64,000 bases of DNA from Candidatus Omnitrophota bacterium (GTDB lineage Bacteria > Omnitrophota > Gorgyraeia > Zapsychrales > Zapsychraceae). How positions within the stretch are numbered: position 1 is the stretch's first letter; each line of letters starts with the position of its first letter. The notes under the pieces were generated by a model, which was given only the letters and a program-made list of their open reading frames with translations, was not told where the DNA came from and made no database searches. The position numbers were made by a program, and so were the translations under genes. The stretch is taken from assembly GCA_003528115.1 (NCBI GenBank), contig DOGZ01000004.1, positions 572 to 64,571 of the forward strand. The letters are read 5' to 3'. This document shows positions 40,739-51,254 of the stretch, in pieces.

Positions 40739-41476
40739 ATGCACCCATCAACGGATGAAAAGCTTTTTGAGTCAAAATCGAATTCCTGGAGGATGTTTAA
40801 TAAAATATCTGGCAGGTACGATTTGCTTAATCACCTGCTATCATTCGGATTGCATGCGCGTTTCAGAAAGAAACTGATCAAATTCTTTCCGCGCACAAAA
40901 ATTGCTAAATTGATCGATATCGCGACGGGTACCGCGGACGTTCTTTTGACAGTATTTCAATATAACAAATCTATTGAGAAGGCCTATGGCATTGATATGG
41001 CCGACAAAATGTTAGACATCGGCCGAAGAAAAATTTCTCAAAGAAAATGGGATAACCAAATTTTCCTGCTCAAAGGAGACGCGCGCCGCATCCCCTTTGA
41101 AAGAGATTTCTTTGACGTCGCTACGATCGCCTTCGGGATTCGTAATGTGCCTGATCCCGTTCAAGTTCTTAAAGAGATGCGTAGGATCCTTGTGCCCGGA
41201 GGAAGAGCGCTTGTGTTAGAGTTTTCTTTGCCTCAAAATGTTCTCCTCCTTCGGTTGCATCTTTTTTATTTAAGAAATGTCGTTCCTTTTATGGGATGGA
41301 TTTTTTCAGGAAATTATTCTGCCTACCGATATTTAAACCAAACGATCGAATCGTTTCCAAGCGGCAATGATTTTTGTCAACTGATGCAAACCGCCGGGTT
41401 TCAAGATGTTAACGCCCATTCGCTCTTGGGGGGGGTCGCCTCGATTTATCAGGGGGATAAAGGGGGGGGAGGTTAG
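40739..41476 (+). CDS. menG: Demethylmenaquinone methyltransferase (UbiE/MenG)
   Basis: MFNKIS.RYDLLNHLLSFG, DIATGTAD, FGIRNV, LEFS. Confidence 0.93.
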   Translation: MHPSTDEKLFESKSNSWRMFNKISGRYDLLNHLLSFGLHARFRKKLIKFFPRTKIAKLIDIATGTADVLLTVFQYNKSIEKAYGIDMADKMLDIGRRKISQRKWDNQIFLLKGDARRIPFERDFFDVATIAFGIRNVPDPVQVLKEMRRILVPGGRALVLEFSLPQNVLLLRLHLFYLRNVVPFMGWIFSGNYSAYRYLNQTIESFPSGNDFCQLMQTAGFQDVNAHSLLGGVASIYQGDKGGGG

Positions 41477-41480
41477 TTTG

Positions 41481-42866
41481 ATGAGTTTATCGCGAATGGA
41501 TCATAAAATATCTGCGGAACAATTAAGAAATCATGTGGCGGAACATATTCATCAGTTGATTGGTCAGACTGATCCTGTCGCTAATCCCCAGAAAATTTTA
41601 AGGATTGAATTCCCTTGTGAATCTGTGAATGTCCTCGCATGGCTCAACCAGCAAAAGGGCTATGAAAAAATATACTGGCTAGACCGCGCCGGGGAACTGG
41701 AAATGGCCGGTCTCGGAGTGGCGGACATTCTTCAGGGCGAGCGAAATCCTGATGTTCAAAAAATATTCGCTTATTTTCAAAGTCGTCTGTCGTCAAAATT
41801 CCCCCGTCTCCGATATTATGGAGGACTAAGCTTTGATAAAATGCCCATGAATACGGAATGGCAACCTTTCGGCCAATACCGGTTTTGGATACCCCGCTTT
41901 GAACTGCTTCAGACGCAATCCGATACTTTTTTTGCCATAAATTTGACCTGTGAGGATATTCGCCAAAAAAATATCGAACCCCTATTGCTGGAAGTGAGCG
42001 CGCTTCAATTTCCCTCGTTAGAATCCCGTAAGTTCCTGCCAAAACTTTTAGCGCGCAGCGACCAACCCAATAAAGAAGATTGGGATAAATTATTCGTTAA
42101 AGTCAAGAGTCAGTTGAAAACCGGCGGCTATGAAAAAGTTGTTTTAGCGCGAAAATCCCTTTTGCGTTTTTCTGATCCCCTCAATCCCATGGATTTGGTT
42201 GAACGACTTAAATCCCAAACGGAGAATTGCTTCCATTTCTGTTTTCAGGTCTCACCGGATGCAGCCTTTTTGGGAGCAACGCCCGAACGATTATATAAAA
42301 GAATCGGACGTGCCATTGAAAGCGAAGCCATCGCCGGTACCAAACCCAGGGGACTAACTCTGCATGAGGATGAACAGTTTAGAAATGAATTGCTGAATTC
42401 CACGAAAGACGCCGCCGAACACCGATACGTTGTTGATTTTATCCGGAATGCCTTCATTGAGATGTGTGCGGATTTAACATTTGATCCCTTCGCCAATCTT
42501 CTCCAATTAAAAGGAGGGCATCATCTGATAACCCGTTTTTCGGGCCGGCTCAAAAATGGCGTCGAGGATGATCATATTTTAACCTCACTTCATCCAACAC
42601 CGGCGGTAGGCGGTTATCCCGCTCAAGAAGCATTAAAAACTATTGAGGAAACTGAACCGTTTAATCGGGGATGGTACGCGGGACCGGTTGGTTACGTTGG
42701 GTATGATTCCGTAGAATTGGTGGTGGCTATTCGCTCGGGATTGATCCATCAAAATAGTCTTTCTTTATACGCGGGAGCTGGAATAGTCGCGGCTTCCCAA
42801 TCCAAGGAAGAATGGGACGAAATTGAAAACAAAATTGGAAGTTTTATTAACGTTTTAAATTCTTAA
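41481..42866 (+). CDS. menF: Isochorismate synthase
   Basis: KVVLARK, GATPERL, EAIAGT, HPTPAVGG, RGWYAG, AGAGIV. Confidence 0.92.
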   Translation: MSLSRMDHKISAEQLRNHVAEHIHQLIGQTDPVANPQKILRIEFPCESVNVLAWLNQQKGYEKIYWLDRAGELEMAGLGVADILQGERNPDVQKIFAYFQSRLSSKFPRLRYYGGLSFDKMPMNTEWQPFGQYRFWIPRFELLQTQSDTFFAINLTCEDIRQKNIEPLLLEVSALQFPSLESRKFLPKLLARSDQPNKEDWDKLFVKVKSQLKTGGYEKVVLARKSLLRFSDPLNPMDLVERLKSQTENCFHFCFQVSPDAAFLGATPERLYKRIGRAIESEAIAGTKPRGLTLHEDEQFRNELLNSTKDAAEHRYVVDFIRNAFIEMCADLTFDPFANLLQLKGGHHLITRFSGRLKNGVEDDHILTSLHPTPAVGGYPAQEALKTIEETEPFNRGWYAGPVGYVGYDSVELVVAIRSGLIHQNSLSLYAGAGIVAASQSKEEWDEIENKIGSFINVLNS

Positions 42867-42867
42867 A

Positions 42868-44628
42868 ATGAATTTCTTGAAGTCCGCCAATATCAATAGC
42901 CTGTGGGCTGAGCTCATGGTTGAGGAGTTAGTCAGAAACGGGGTTCATTATTTTTGCATTTCTCCCGGCTCCCGCTCGTCGCCCTTGGCTTGTGCCATCG
43001 GCTCTCATGCAAAGACAACCAGCCTCATTCATTTTGATGAACGGGGCACGGCCTTTCATGCCTTAGGATACGTCTCAGCCAAAAAAAAGCCCTGTGTTCT
43101 CGTGTGCACCTCAGGCACGGCCGTTGCCAATTTATTCCCAGCCGTTATTGAGGCCTCCAAAAAGAAATTGCCCTTAATCGTCTTGACGGCAGACCGGCCG
43201 CCGGAATTGAGATGTACTGGGGCCATGCAAACAATTGACCAGGTTAAAATCTTTGGAGATTATGTCCGCTGGCAGTTCGATCTTCCACCCCCAACGCGTG
43301 AGATCAGTCCGTCCTTTGTCCTGACGACGATCGATCAAGCGGTTGCCTGTGCCCAAAGCAATCCGCCTGGACCGGTTCATCTCAATACGATGTTTAGAGA
43401 ACCGCTGGCGCCGATAAAGGCAAACACGGATTTTTCTTCCTATTTGAAAGTCTTGAATGATTGGGGCAAACGCTCATCTCCGTTTACACAGTACATCCAG
43501 CCCAAGACGGGTCTTCATGTGCACGATGTTAAACGCCTGACGGATGAAATCTCAGAAATTAAATCCGGTGTCATCGTAGCCGGAAAACTTTCGTCACTAG
43601 ATGAACAGGAAGGGGCTTTAAAGCTGGCCCGGAAATTAAACTGGCCGTTATTCGCCGACATTGCCTCAGGATTAAGATGCGGTAATCCTCATAAACACAT
43701 CATTCCTTATTATGATCAACTCTTATTGTCGGAGCATTTCACGAAGAAATTCAAACCGGATGGGATCCTTCACCTCGGCGGCCGCATAACATCCAAACGG
43801 TTTTATGATTTCATTGAGCGGGTTCGACCGCGCCGTTATCTCATGGTGATTAATCATCCGTTAAGGAATGACCCTCTGCATAGCGTCACTCTGCGCGTCC
43901 ACAATTCCGTCAAAGTTTTTTGTGACGCTGTCTTACCGCGAATCCCTCAAAGAAACCGTCATCCGTTGCTTTCCTTTACCATCAAAGCCAATCAAGCAGT
44001 TCATCAAACGATGGACAAGTATTTTTATAGCGAAGCCTTGAGTGAACCCTTGACGGCGCGGCTCATCACGCGATATATTCCGAAAGGTCATGGATTGTTT
44101 TTATCCAACAGTATGCCTATCCGGGAAGTGGATATGTATGGGACGTGGGATGGGGCAAGGATTGAAATTGGAGCTAATAGGGGGGCCAGCGGGATCGACG
44201 GCATCATCGCCTCAACCGCCGGTTTTGTGGCAGGTCTGCGAAAACCTGTGACGCTTTATATTGGTGATCTGGCCTTCCTTTACGATCTGAATTCTTTGGC
44301 TATGTTGAAGAATCTGGCGGATCCGGTCGTTCTCGTTGTGGCGAATAATAATGGCGGAGGTATTTTTTCATTCTTGCCCGTGGTCAAGTATAAAGATTTT
44401 GAACGCTATTTTGGCACGCCCCACGGTTTTGAATTCCGTCATGCCGCCGAGATGTTTGACTTATCCTATGCCTGTCCAACGAAAAAGGATGAGTTCATCG
44501 CGGCATATCAAAAAGCCCTTAAGAGCCGTCAATCCACAGTGATTGAGGTTAAAACAGACCGTGCCGTGAATTATCAAATTCATAAGGATTTACAATCGAA
44601 AATTATCTTCGCGCTCAAGAAAATTTAA
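42868..44628 (+). CDS. menD: SEPHCHC synthase
   Basis: SPGSRSSPL, DER, TSGTAVAN, TADRPPEL, NRGASGIDG, GDLAFLYD, NNNGGGIF. Confidence 0.96.
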   Translation: MNFLKSANINSLWAELMVEELVRNGVHYFCISPGSRSSPLACAIGSHAKTTSLIHFDERGTAFHALGYVSAKKKPCVLVCTSGTAVANLFPAVIEASKKKLPLIVLTADRPPELRCTGAMQTIDQVKIFGDYVRWQFDLPPPTREISPSFVLTTIDQAVACAQSNPPGPVHLNTMFREPLAPIKANTDFSSYLKVLNDWGKRSSPFTQYIQPKTGLHVHDVKRLTDEISEIKSGVIVAGKLSSLDEQEGALKLARKLNWPLFADIASGLRCGNPHKHIIPYYDQLLLSEHFTKKFKPDGILHLGGRITSKRFYDFIERVRPRRYLMVINHPLRNDPLHSVTLRVHNSVKVFCDAVLPRIPQRNRHPLLSFTIKANQAVHQTMDKYFYSEALSEPLTARLITRYIPKGHGLFLSNSMPIREVDMYGTWDGARIEIGANRGASGIDGIIASTAGFVAGLRKPVTLYIGDLAFLYDLNSLAMLKNLADPVVLVVANNNGGGIFSFLPVVKYKDFERYFGTPHGFEFRHAAEMFDLSYACPTKKDEFIAAYQKALKSRQSTVIEVKTDRAVNYQIHKDLQSKIIFALKKI

Positions 44629-44674
44629 GAATCTTTAATACCGTTGTTCGCCTATTACCATTAGGAGATTAGAA

Positions 44675-45532
44675 ATGAGTTCACCGCGACAAAAAACGTC
44701 TAAACAAAACAGAAAAAAAACTGACTGGACTAACGCCGGCCATTTTACGGATATCCAATACCACAAAGCCGGCGGAATGGCTAAAATTACGATCAATCGC
44801 CCTGAGGTGCGCAACGCTTTTCGTCCTCTGACAGTCGAGGAGATGTCCAGGGCCTTGGCGGACGCCAGGGATGATGAATCCATAGGGGTCATTATTTTGA
44901 CAGGAGAAGGGAAGGAGGCCTTTTGTTCAGGGGGTGATCAAAGAATTCGCGGGGACGCGGGTTACAGGGATCAGAAAGGAATCCATCGTCTCAATGTCCT
45001 GGACTTTCAGCGCCAAATGCGGACATGTCCCAAACCCCTCATCGCCATGATCGCGGGTTATGCCATTGGCGGTGGTCATATCCTTCATCTTTTATGTGAC
45101 ATTTCGATCGCCGCGGATAACGCGATCTTCGGACAGACCGGCCCCAAAGTCGGGTCATTTGACGGCGGTTACGGCGCCAGTTACATGGCGAGGATCGTCG
45201 GTCAGAAAAAGGCGCGGGAAATTTGGTTTTTGTGCCGCCAGTATCACGCCAAAGAAGCGTTAGAGATGGGGCTGGTGAATAAAGTTGTTCCTTACAATAA
45301 ACTGGAAGAGGAGACAGTCCTGTGGTGCCGAGAAATTTTGGCCAATTCCCCCATGGCGATCCGTTGTCTTAAAGCGGCTCTGAATGCCGACTGTGACGGC
45401 CAGGCCGGACTTCAGGAATTGGCCGGCAACGCGACCATGCTTTTTTATATGACCGAAGAAGGCCAGGAAGGACGCGATGCCTTTCTTGAAAAACGAAAGC
45501 CTGATTTTTCAAAGTTTCCTCGAAGACCATAG
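44675..45532 (+). CDS. menB: 1,4-dihydroxy-2-naphthoyl-CoA synthase
   Basis: [27 protein letters not shown]. Confidence 0.97.
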   Translation: MSSPRQKTSKQNRKKTDWTNAGHFTDIQYHKAGGMAKITINRPEVRNAFRPLTVEEMSRALADARDDESIGVIILTGEGKEAFCSGGDQRIRGDAGYRDQKGIHRLNVLDFQRQMRTCPKPLIAMIAGYAIGGGHILHLLCDISIAADNAIFGQTGPKVGSFDGGYGASYMARIVGQKKAREIWFLCRQYHAKEALEMGLVNKVVPYNKLEEETVLWCREILANSPMAIRCLKAALNADCDGQAGLQELAGNATMLFYMTEEGQEGRDAFLEKRKPDFSKFPRRP

Positions 45533-45540
45533 GTATTTCC

Positions 45541-46431
45541 TTGATGAACCCAGTTTCTTTCTTATCTATTTGCCGTATGGCGATCCGTCCTAAAACACTG
45601 ATGGCCGCTTTGAGTCCAGTGATGATTGGCACGGCTATGGCGTTTGGCGATGGGGTTTCTCATTTCCCGACCGCGTTTCTTTGCCTGGCAGGCGCCCTAT
45701 TGATTCAAATCGGAACGAATCTCGCCAATGATTATTTTGATTTTAAGAAAGGGGCGGACACCCATGAACGTCTCGGTCCCACACGCGTGACACAGGCGGG
45801 ACTCATTTCGCCAGGGATCATTAAATGGGCTTTTATTTTAACCTTTGCTTTAGCCGCGCTCATTTCCACCCGACTGATCGAACGGGGAGGCTGGCCCATT
45901 CTCGTCATCGGGGTATTATCCATCGTGTCAGGTATTTTATATACCGCCGGGCCTTGGGCGTTAGGGTATATGGGATTAGGCGATCTTTTTGTACTGATTT
46001 TCTTCGGCCCCGTAGCCGTCGCAGGGACCTACTATGTCCAGTCTCATGAAATCAACAACGCCGTCATTCTCGCCGGCCTGGCCCCAGGCCTTATTTCCGT
46101 CGGAATCTTAACGATCAACAACCTGCGCGATAAGGACAGCGATCAGAGCTCCGGGAAGAAGACCCTGGCGGTCCGTTTTGGAAAATCCTTCGCTCAAATG
46201 GAATACCTGATTGCCATTCTGACCGCCGCGGTGATCCCTGTTTTTATTTATATCTATATTGAAGATCATATTTGGATATTAGCCTGTGTGATAATAAGCC
46301 TCTTGGCCGTTCCTGCTTTTAAAACAGTTTTGACCAAATCTGACGGCCCGTCATTAAATCTGGCTTTGGCCTTTACAGGGGAACTGCTATTTATTTATAG
46401 CCTTCTATTCTCCCTAGGATGGGTTTTATGA
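45541..46431 (+). CDS. menA: DHNA polyprenyltransferase
   Basis: RPKTL, NLANDYFDFKKGAD, NNLRD..SD..SGK.TL. Confidence 0.95.
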   Translation: MMNPVSFLSICRMAIRPKTLMAALSPVMIGTAMAFGDGVSHFPTAFLCLAGALLIQIGTNLANDYFDFKKGADTHERLGPTRVTQAGLISPGIIKWAFILTFALAALISTRLIERGGWPILVIGVLSIVSGILYTAGPWALGYMGLGDLFVLIFFGPVAVAGTYYVQSHEINNAVILAGLAPGLISVGILTINNLRDKDSDQSSGKKTLAVRFGKSFAQMEYLIAILTAAVIPVFIYIYIEDHIWILACVIISLLAVPAFKTVLTKSDGPSLNLALAFTGELLFIYSLLFSLGWVL

Positions 46432-47519
46432 TCATCACGTCGGTGGATATTTATAAATACGCGCTTCCTTTGACGGGACCGTTTTCTGTCGGCGGCCAGC
46501 CCCTTTCTCAACGGCAGGGGTATCTTATTCATCTAATGTCCGGACAAGAGATCGAGGGATTCGGGGATGTCTCGCCGCTGCCGGGTCTGAGCGAAGAATC
46601 CCTTCAGGAGGCTTTAGATCAACTCCTTGCCCTAAAAAGAAATCTCCCGCACGCATCGATTCCGGCGGGGATCGAAAGGTTGAACGGGAAGCTGGACGAT
46701 TGGTTTAATGATTTAGCTCTGATGCCCTCAGTCCGGTTTGGGGTGGAATCCGCTCTACTTCATTTGATCGCTCAGTCTAAAAGTGTCTCCCTGAGTAAAC
46801 TCCTTTCATCAAAGGCCTCTGATTCCGTCCGGATTCATGGGCTGCTCTCCGGATCGAAAGAACAAGTTATCCAGGATACGTTGAATCTGATCGACCAAGG
46901 ATTTACAGCTTTTAAATTAAAGGTCGGCAGTGACCGGATAGAGGAGGATATTGATAAGGTGCGCACCCTCAATGCGGTGTTGAGCGGACGTGCTTTAGTG
47001 CACGCGGATGCTAATCAGGCCTGGGATTTGAACCAGGCCCTTTATTTTGGCCGTGAGGTCGGTTGCGCGAGTATCACTTATATCGAAGAGCCTTTTGCGG
47101 ACATCACCCAGATCCCGGAATTCTATGACCAAACCCTGATCCCTGTGGCCCTCGATGAGTCTTTAAAGACCCATAAGCTCGATGACCTCAAATCCATCGA
47201 CGGTTTGGAAATGCTCATTTTAAAACCAACCCTCTTGGGCGGTATCGAGAAGACATGGCAGATCCTGTCTCAGGCCCGAAGATTTGGATGGGGGGTCGGG
47301 ATCAGTTCAGCCTTTGAATCTGGGGTAGGGTTAATCACCCTAGCCCAGTTATCCGCCGCCAGCCATCTAAAAAGTTCTGCCGGGCTTGATACCCTGAAAT
47401 GGTTTAAGACAGATCTGTTACGCGAGAAGTTTCCCCTTGAAAAAGGAAAAGTCAACACGACCCGTGGCGTGATCCGCTCCGCTGATCTAGATTTCAATCT
47501 CTTGGAAAGAATAATCTGA
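46428..47519 (+). CDS. menC: o-succinylbenzoate synthase
   Basis: SPLPG, KLKVG, DANQ.W, IEEP, ALDES, KPT; ATGA overlap with menA. Confidence 0.92.
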   Translation: MIITSVDIYKYALPLTGPFSVGGQPLSQRQGYLIHLMSGQEIEGFGDVSPLPGLSEESLQEALDQLLALKRNLPHASIPAGIERLNGKLDDWFNDLALMPSVRFGVESALLHLIAQSKSVSLSKLLSSKASDSVRIHGLLSGSKEQVIQDTLNLIDQGFTAFKLKVGSDRIEEDIDKVRTLNAVLSGRALVHADANQAWDLNQALYFGREVGCASITYIEEPFADITQIPEFYDQTLIPVALDESLKTHKLDDLKSIDGLEMLILKPTLLGGIEKTWQILSQARRFGWGVGISSAFESGVGLITLAQLSAASHLKSSAGLDTLKWFKTDLLREKFPLEKGKVNTTRGVIRSADLDFNLLERII

Positions 47520-48958
47520 TGCGTTCGATCCCATGTCCTCTCCAGAAGAATGCCAGGCGTTTCCCTGACCATCCCGCTATTATTCATGGACGGCTAACAT
47601 TAAGTTATGCTGAATTTGAACGCGCGGTGAATAGAACGACGCGGGTTCTTCTGGCTTCAGGCTGCAAAAAACAGGATCGTGTGGGGATCGCGGATCCCAA
47701 CAGCCCCGAGTATCTTATTATGATCTTCGCGTTATGGCGGCTTGGGGCGGTCAGTTGCCATCTGAACACACGCCTTCCGGAAAAAGCCCTCGTTGAACAG
47801 TTGCGCCGGACGCGATGCCGGTACCTCGTGACTACGTTTCCCAATTTACTGAATTCCCGTCGGATTTCCATTCCCCGATGGTCTTTGGAGGAAATTTGTC
47901 ACCGGGGACCCAAGACACTGCCTCAGGCCAAAACGCTAAAGGCTGAATTTGCACTTAATCAAGACCTCACTATTATGTTTACATCCGGAAGTACGGACGT
48001 CCTCAAGGCAGTTCTTCATACCTTTGGCAATCATTACTACAGCGCAAAAGGATCTAATGAAAACATCCCTGTAGAATCTTCTGACCGCTGGTTTCTAACT
48101 CTGCCCTTGTATCATGTGGGGGGATTAAGTATCCTGTTTCGCGTTCTGTTGGGACGAGGAACGATTGTGATCCAGGACCCTGAAGAAGATATCGTACAAT
48201 CCATCAAGACGTATGGGATCACCCATGTTTCTCTGGTAGCCACACATCTGTACCGGTTACTTCAAAATAAGGCCGCCAAGACCGTTCTTCGGGGTCTTAA
48301 GGCGATTCTGTTGGGTGGGAGCGCCATTGGGGACTCTCTCGCCAGAGAGGCGCTCCGTAACCGTTGGCCGGTCTGCTTTTCTTACGGGTTGACTGAGATG
48401 TCTTCCCGGGTGGCCACCACCCATTTTTCCGACCGAACCTATCCCACGCGTCAGGGGAAGATATTGAATTATCGACAGGTCCGCATCTCGGATGAGGGAG
48501 AAATCTTGGTAAAGGGGCCAACACTGTTCAAAGGATACGTTGATGGAAACAAAATTCTTAAACCGTTTGATAAAAAAAGCTGGTTTCATACCGGAGATCT
48601 GGGGGAATTTGTTCGGCCAGGGGAGCTGAGAGTGACGGGCCGCAAGGACAACATGTTTATCTCCGGCGGTGAGAATATTCAGCCTGAAGAGATAGAATAT
48701 TATTTGCTTCAATTAAAAGAGGTAGAGAACGCCCTGGTTGTCCCCGTTCCTGACCCGGAATTCGGGTGCCGTCCCGCGGTCTTTATTAAGAATGTCCCAG
48801 GGCGAACCCTGGATCAGAAGAAAATCATCCGCTTCTTAAAACGCTATTTACCCAAATTCAAAATTCCCGATCATTTCTTCCCATGGCCTGACCTGATCGA
48901 CGAAAAAGACGGCAAAATCAACCGGCCCTCATTTATTAAGCTGATCCCTTCAGCTTGA
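47519..48958 (+). CDS. menE: o-succinylbenzoate-CoA ligase
   Basis: FTSGST, LPLYHVGG, SYGLTE, GRKDNMFISGGENI. Confidence 0.93.
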   Translation: MRSIPCPLQKNARRFPDHPAIIHGRLTLSYAEFERAVNRTTRVLLASGCKKQDRVGIADPNSPEYLIMIFALWRLGAVSCHLNTRLPEKALVEQLRRTRCRYLVTTFPNLLNSRRISIPRWSLEEICHRGPKTLPQAKTLKAEFALNQDLTIMFTSGSTDVLKAVLHTFGNHYYSAKGSNENIPVESSDRWFLTLPLYHVGGLSILFRVLLGRGTIVIQDPEEDIVQSIKTYGITHVSLVATHLYRLLQNKAAKTVLRGLKAILLGGSAIGDSLAREALRNRWPVCFSYGLTEMSSRVATTHFSDRTYPTRQGKILNYRQVRISDEGEILVKGPTLFKGYVDGNKILKPFDKKSWFHTGDLGEFVRPGELRVTGRKDNMFISGGENIQPEEIEYYLLQLKEVENALVVPVPDPEFGCRPAVFIKNVPGRTLDQKKIIRFLKRYLPKFKIPDHFFPWPDLIDEKDGKINRPSFIKLIPSA

Positions 48959-48967
48959 ATCGTGGCC

Positions 48968-49384
48968 TCACGTTTTATCCTGTCTGTACAAATCCTCCAC
49001 CTTAGCCCGCATATCTTCCGGAAGGGGAATTTTTTGATGACTACTCTTATGAATAGTGACATGGACTGTCTTGGCTGTACCCACCAGTTCGCCGGCGGCG
49101 TTGAGCAGTTTATAGGCGAAGGTAAATGATGTCTGGCCGACATTTTCAACAACCACCTGGATTTCGATGCAATCTCCAACGAAGAGGGGGAGCTTATAAT
49201 CCGCTTCCGCGTGAACGATGGGTAGAAAGAAGTCCTTATTCCTGATCAATTCAGCGAATCCAAATCCAACCGTCTCGAGCAGGGATTCATAGGCATCATG
49301 GATAATTTTGAATTGATTGCTGAAAAATAACAACCCCGCCGCGTCCGTTTCATGAAGTTTTATCTTTGTCTGGTATATAAACAT
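48968..49384 (-). CDS. menI: Hotdog thioesterase, probable DHNA-CoA hydrolase
   Basis: ETDAAG...HDAYE and PIVHAEADY resemble cyanobacterial DHNA-CoA thioesterases; abuts menE. Confidence 0.75.
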   Translation of the reverse strand: MFIYQTKIKLHETDAAGLLFFSNQFKIIHDAYESLLETVGFGFAELIRNKDFFLPIVHAEADYKLPLFVGDCIEIQVVVENVGQTSFTFAYKLLNAAGELVGTAKTVHVTIHKSSHQKIPLPEDMRAKVEDLYRQDKT

Positions 49385-49540
49385 GGATTCTCCTTTCAGG
49401 GTCCTTTTAGACTTAACGCCCGATTATTGACTTAAGTACAACAAGCAGTTCATTACTTTTGCGAAAGGCAGTATACCATTAAATCAACTGCCCCGCGACG
49501 GTTAATTCCTCGTCGAATCCTATCAGCTCTATTTTTATTA

Positions 49541-49599
49541 TTGACAAAGACGTCAAATCTTGCCAAAATGCAATTGCGAAAGATGAAAATCAGTTTCAT
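49541..49599 (+). promoter_or_regulatory. ahpC promoter with Fur/PerR-family-like palindrome
   Basis: TTGACA-N17-CAAAAT (TGn extended); ATGAAA-N5-TTTCAT at 49583-49599. Confidence 0.55.
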
Positions 49600-49645
49600 T
49601 CTCAATTTTGAAATCACGATCCTCTAATGATGAAAGGAGTCAAAT

Positions 49646-50230
49646 ATGGTATTGGTAACTAAACCCGCTCCGGATTTTTGTGCTAAAGCGGTGATCGATC
49701 AAAAAATTGTTGATGATTTCAAACTCTCCAAATTCCGAGGGAAATATGTTGTATTATTCTTTTACCCGTTGGACTTCACCTTTGTTTGTCCCACAGAGAT
49801 TCACGCCTTTCAGGATAAATTATCTGAATTTGAAAAACGCAATGTCCAGGTGATCGGCGTTTCAACCGATTCCTGGTTTTCTCACCTGGCCTGGTTAAAA
49901 ACCCCGAAGAATGTCGGCGGGATCCAGGGGGTAACGTATCCATTGGTGTCAGATTTCAATAAATCGATCTCTTCTCAATATGGTGTTTTATTGGAAAATC
50001 TTGGGGTCGCGTTGCGGGGGTTATTTCTGATTGATAAAGATGGTATTGTCCAACATCAGGTTGTTAATAATCTGCCCTTGGGACGAAGTGTGGATGAGGT
50101 CTTGAGAGTCGTTGACGCGCTTCAATTCACAGAAAAATATGGCGAGGTTTGTCCCGCCAATTGGAAGAATGGGGCTAAATCGATGAAACCTTCCGAGAAC
50201 GGTCTCAAGGAATATTTCACTACGGCTTAA
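49646..50230 (+). CDS. ahpC: 2-Cys peroxiredoxin
   Basis: [17 protein letters not shown]. Confidence 0.95.
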   Translation: MVLVTKPAPDFCAKAVIDQKIVDDFKLSKFRGKYVVLFFYPLDFTFVCPTEIHAFQDKLSEFEKRNVQVIGVSTDSWFSHLAWLKTPKNVGGIQGVTYPLVSDFNKSISSQYGVLLENLGVALRGLFLIDKDGIVQHQVVNNLPLGRSVDEVLRVVDALQFTEKYGEVCPANWKNGAKSMKPSENGLKEYFTTA

Positions 50231-50316
50231 GACAGATGCTGAATGTTTTTTTTGGAGGCATGATATGTGTAACCTAAGAAAAATTTAATACTTATACAGA
50301 ACGAAAGGAGGCGGAT

Positions 50317-50946
50317 ATGGCGTTTAAACTACCCAATTTACCCTATGCGGTCGATGCCTTGGAACCGCACATTGATGCCAAGACCATGGAGATCCATCAT
50401 GATAAACATCATGCCGCGTATGTCAACAAACTGAATGAGGCCATCGCGGGAAAGGCTAATCTGGAATCGAAGAGTGTTGAAGAATTAATTACAAATATCA
50501 AATCACTCCCCGAAGATATCAAGACAGCCGTGCGCAACCACGGCGGCGGGCATTATAATCATACGATGTTTTGGGAGATTATGGGACCTAAAGGCGGCGG
50601 TGAACCGGTCGGAAAACTGGCGGAGGCCATTAAAAAAGACTTAGGCAGTTTTGCGGCCTTTAAAGAAAAATTCAGTAACGCCGCCGCGACACGGTTTGGC
50701 AGCGGCTGGGCCTGGCTTTGTGTGGATGTCAAAGACGGGAAGTTATGTGTGTGTTCCACGCCTAATCAAGATAATCCTTTAATGGATATCGCTGAGTGCA
50801 AGGGGATTCCTGTCCTGGGTATCGACGTGTGGGAACACGCCTATTATTTAAGATATCAGAACCGTCGTCCCGACTATATTTCCGCGTTCTATAACGTGAT
50901 TCAGTGGGATGTCGTTTCTGATCGTTACAAGGTCGTTAAACGTTAA
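50317..50946 (+). CDS. sodA: Superoxide dismutase, Mn-type signature
   Basis: [26 protein letters not shown]. Confidence 0.93.
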   Translation: MAFKLPNLPYAVDALEPHIDAKTMEIHHDKHHAAYVNKLNEAIAGKANLESKSVEELITNIKSLPEDIKTAVRNHGGGHYNHTMFWEIMGPKGGGEPVGKLAEAIKKDLGSFAAFKEKFSNAAATRFGSGWAWLCVDVKDGKLCVCSTPNQDNPLMDIAECKGIPVLGIDVWEHAYYLRYQNRRPDYISAFYNVIQWDVVSDRYKVVKR

Positions 50947-50978
50947 ACGCTCCCAAGGGAATCTTAATCCCTCTTTTG

Positions 50979-51027
50979 TTGGCTCTGCCGCCGCAGTATC
51001 ACTGCGGTAGCAGAGCTAAATTTTTTT
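50979..51027 (+). terminator. Intrinsic terminator after sodA
   Basis: ttggctctgccgccgcagt-atc-actgcggtagcagagctaa stem followed by T7. Confidence 0.8.
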
Positions 51028-51116
51028 CCTATCACCCAGAAGTAACGTTTATCCTCTCCCGGATACTCTCGTGGATTAAAAATAATAAAAATCGCGCAAA
51101 AAAAATATAAAATTCA

Positions 51117-51185
51117 TTGACTCGTGAAATAACCTAACATACTATATCTTGTGCATGTTTATCTAATGATGCGTATATATAGTAT
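51117..51185 (+). promoter_or_regulatory. nrdA promoter with tandem NrdR boxes
   Basis: TTGACT-N17-TACTAT; atactatatcttgtgc (51139-51154) and tgcgtatatatagtat (51170-51185) match acaCwAtATaTwGtgt, 31 bp apart; box 1 overlaps the -10. Confidence 0.8.
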
Positions 51186-51254
51186 CTTATTTCAACCCAC
51201 AAGAGAGACTTAGAGGAGCGACTCATTTCATTAAATATAAGGAGGCCCACCCAC

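Noticed and set aside
50700-50810. Four extra Cys in SodA
   Set aside because: I recall similar Cys in other bacterial Mn-SODs; no evidence of novelty
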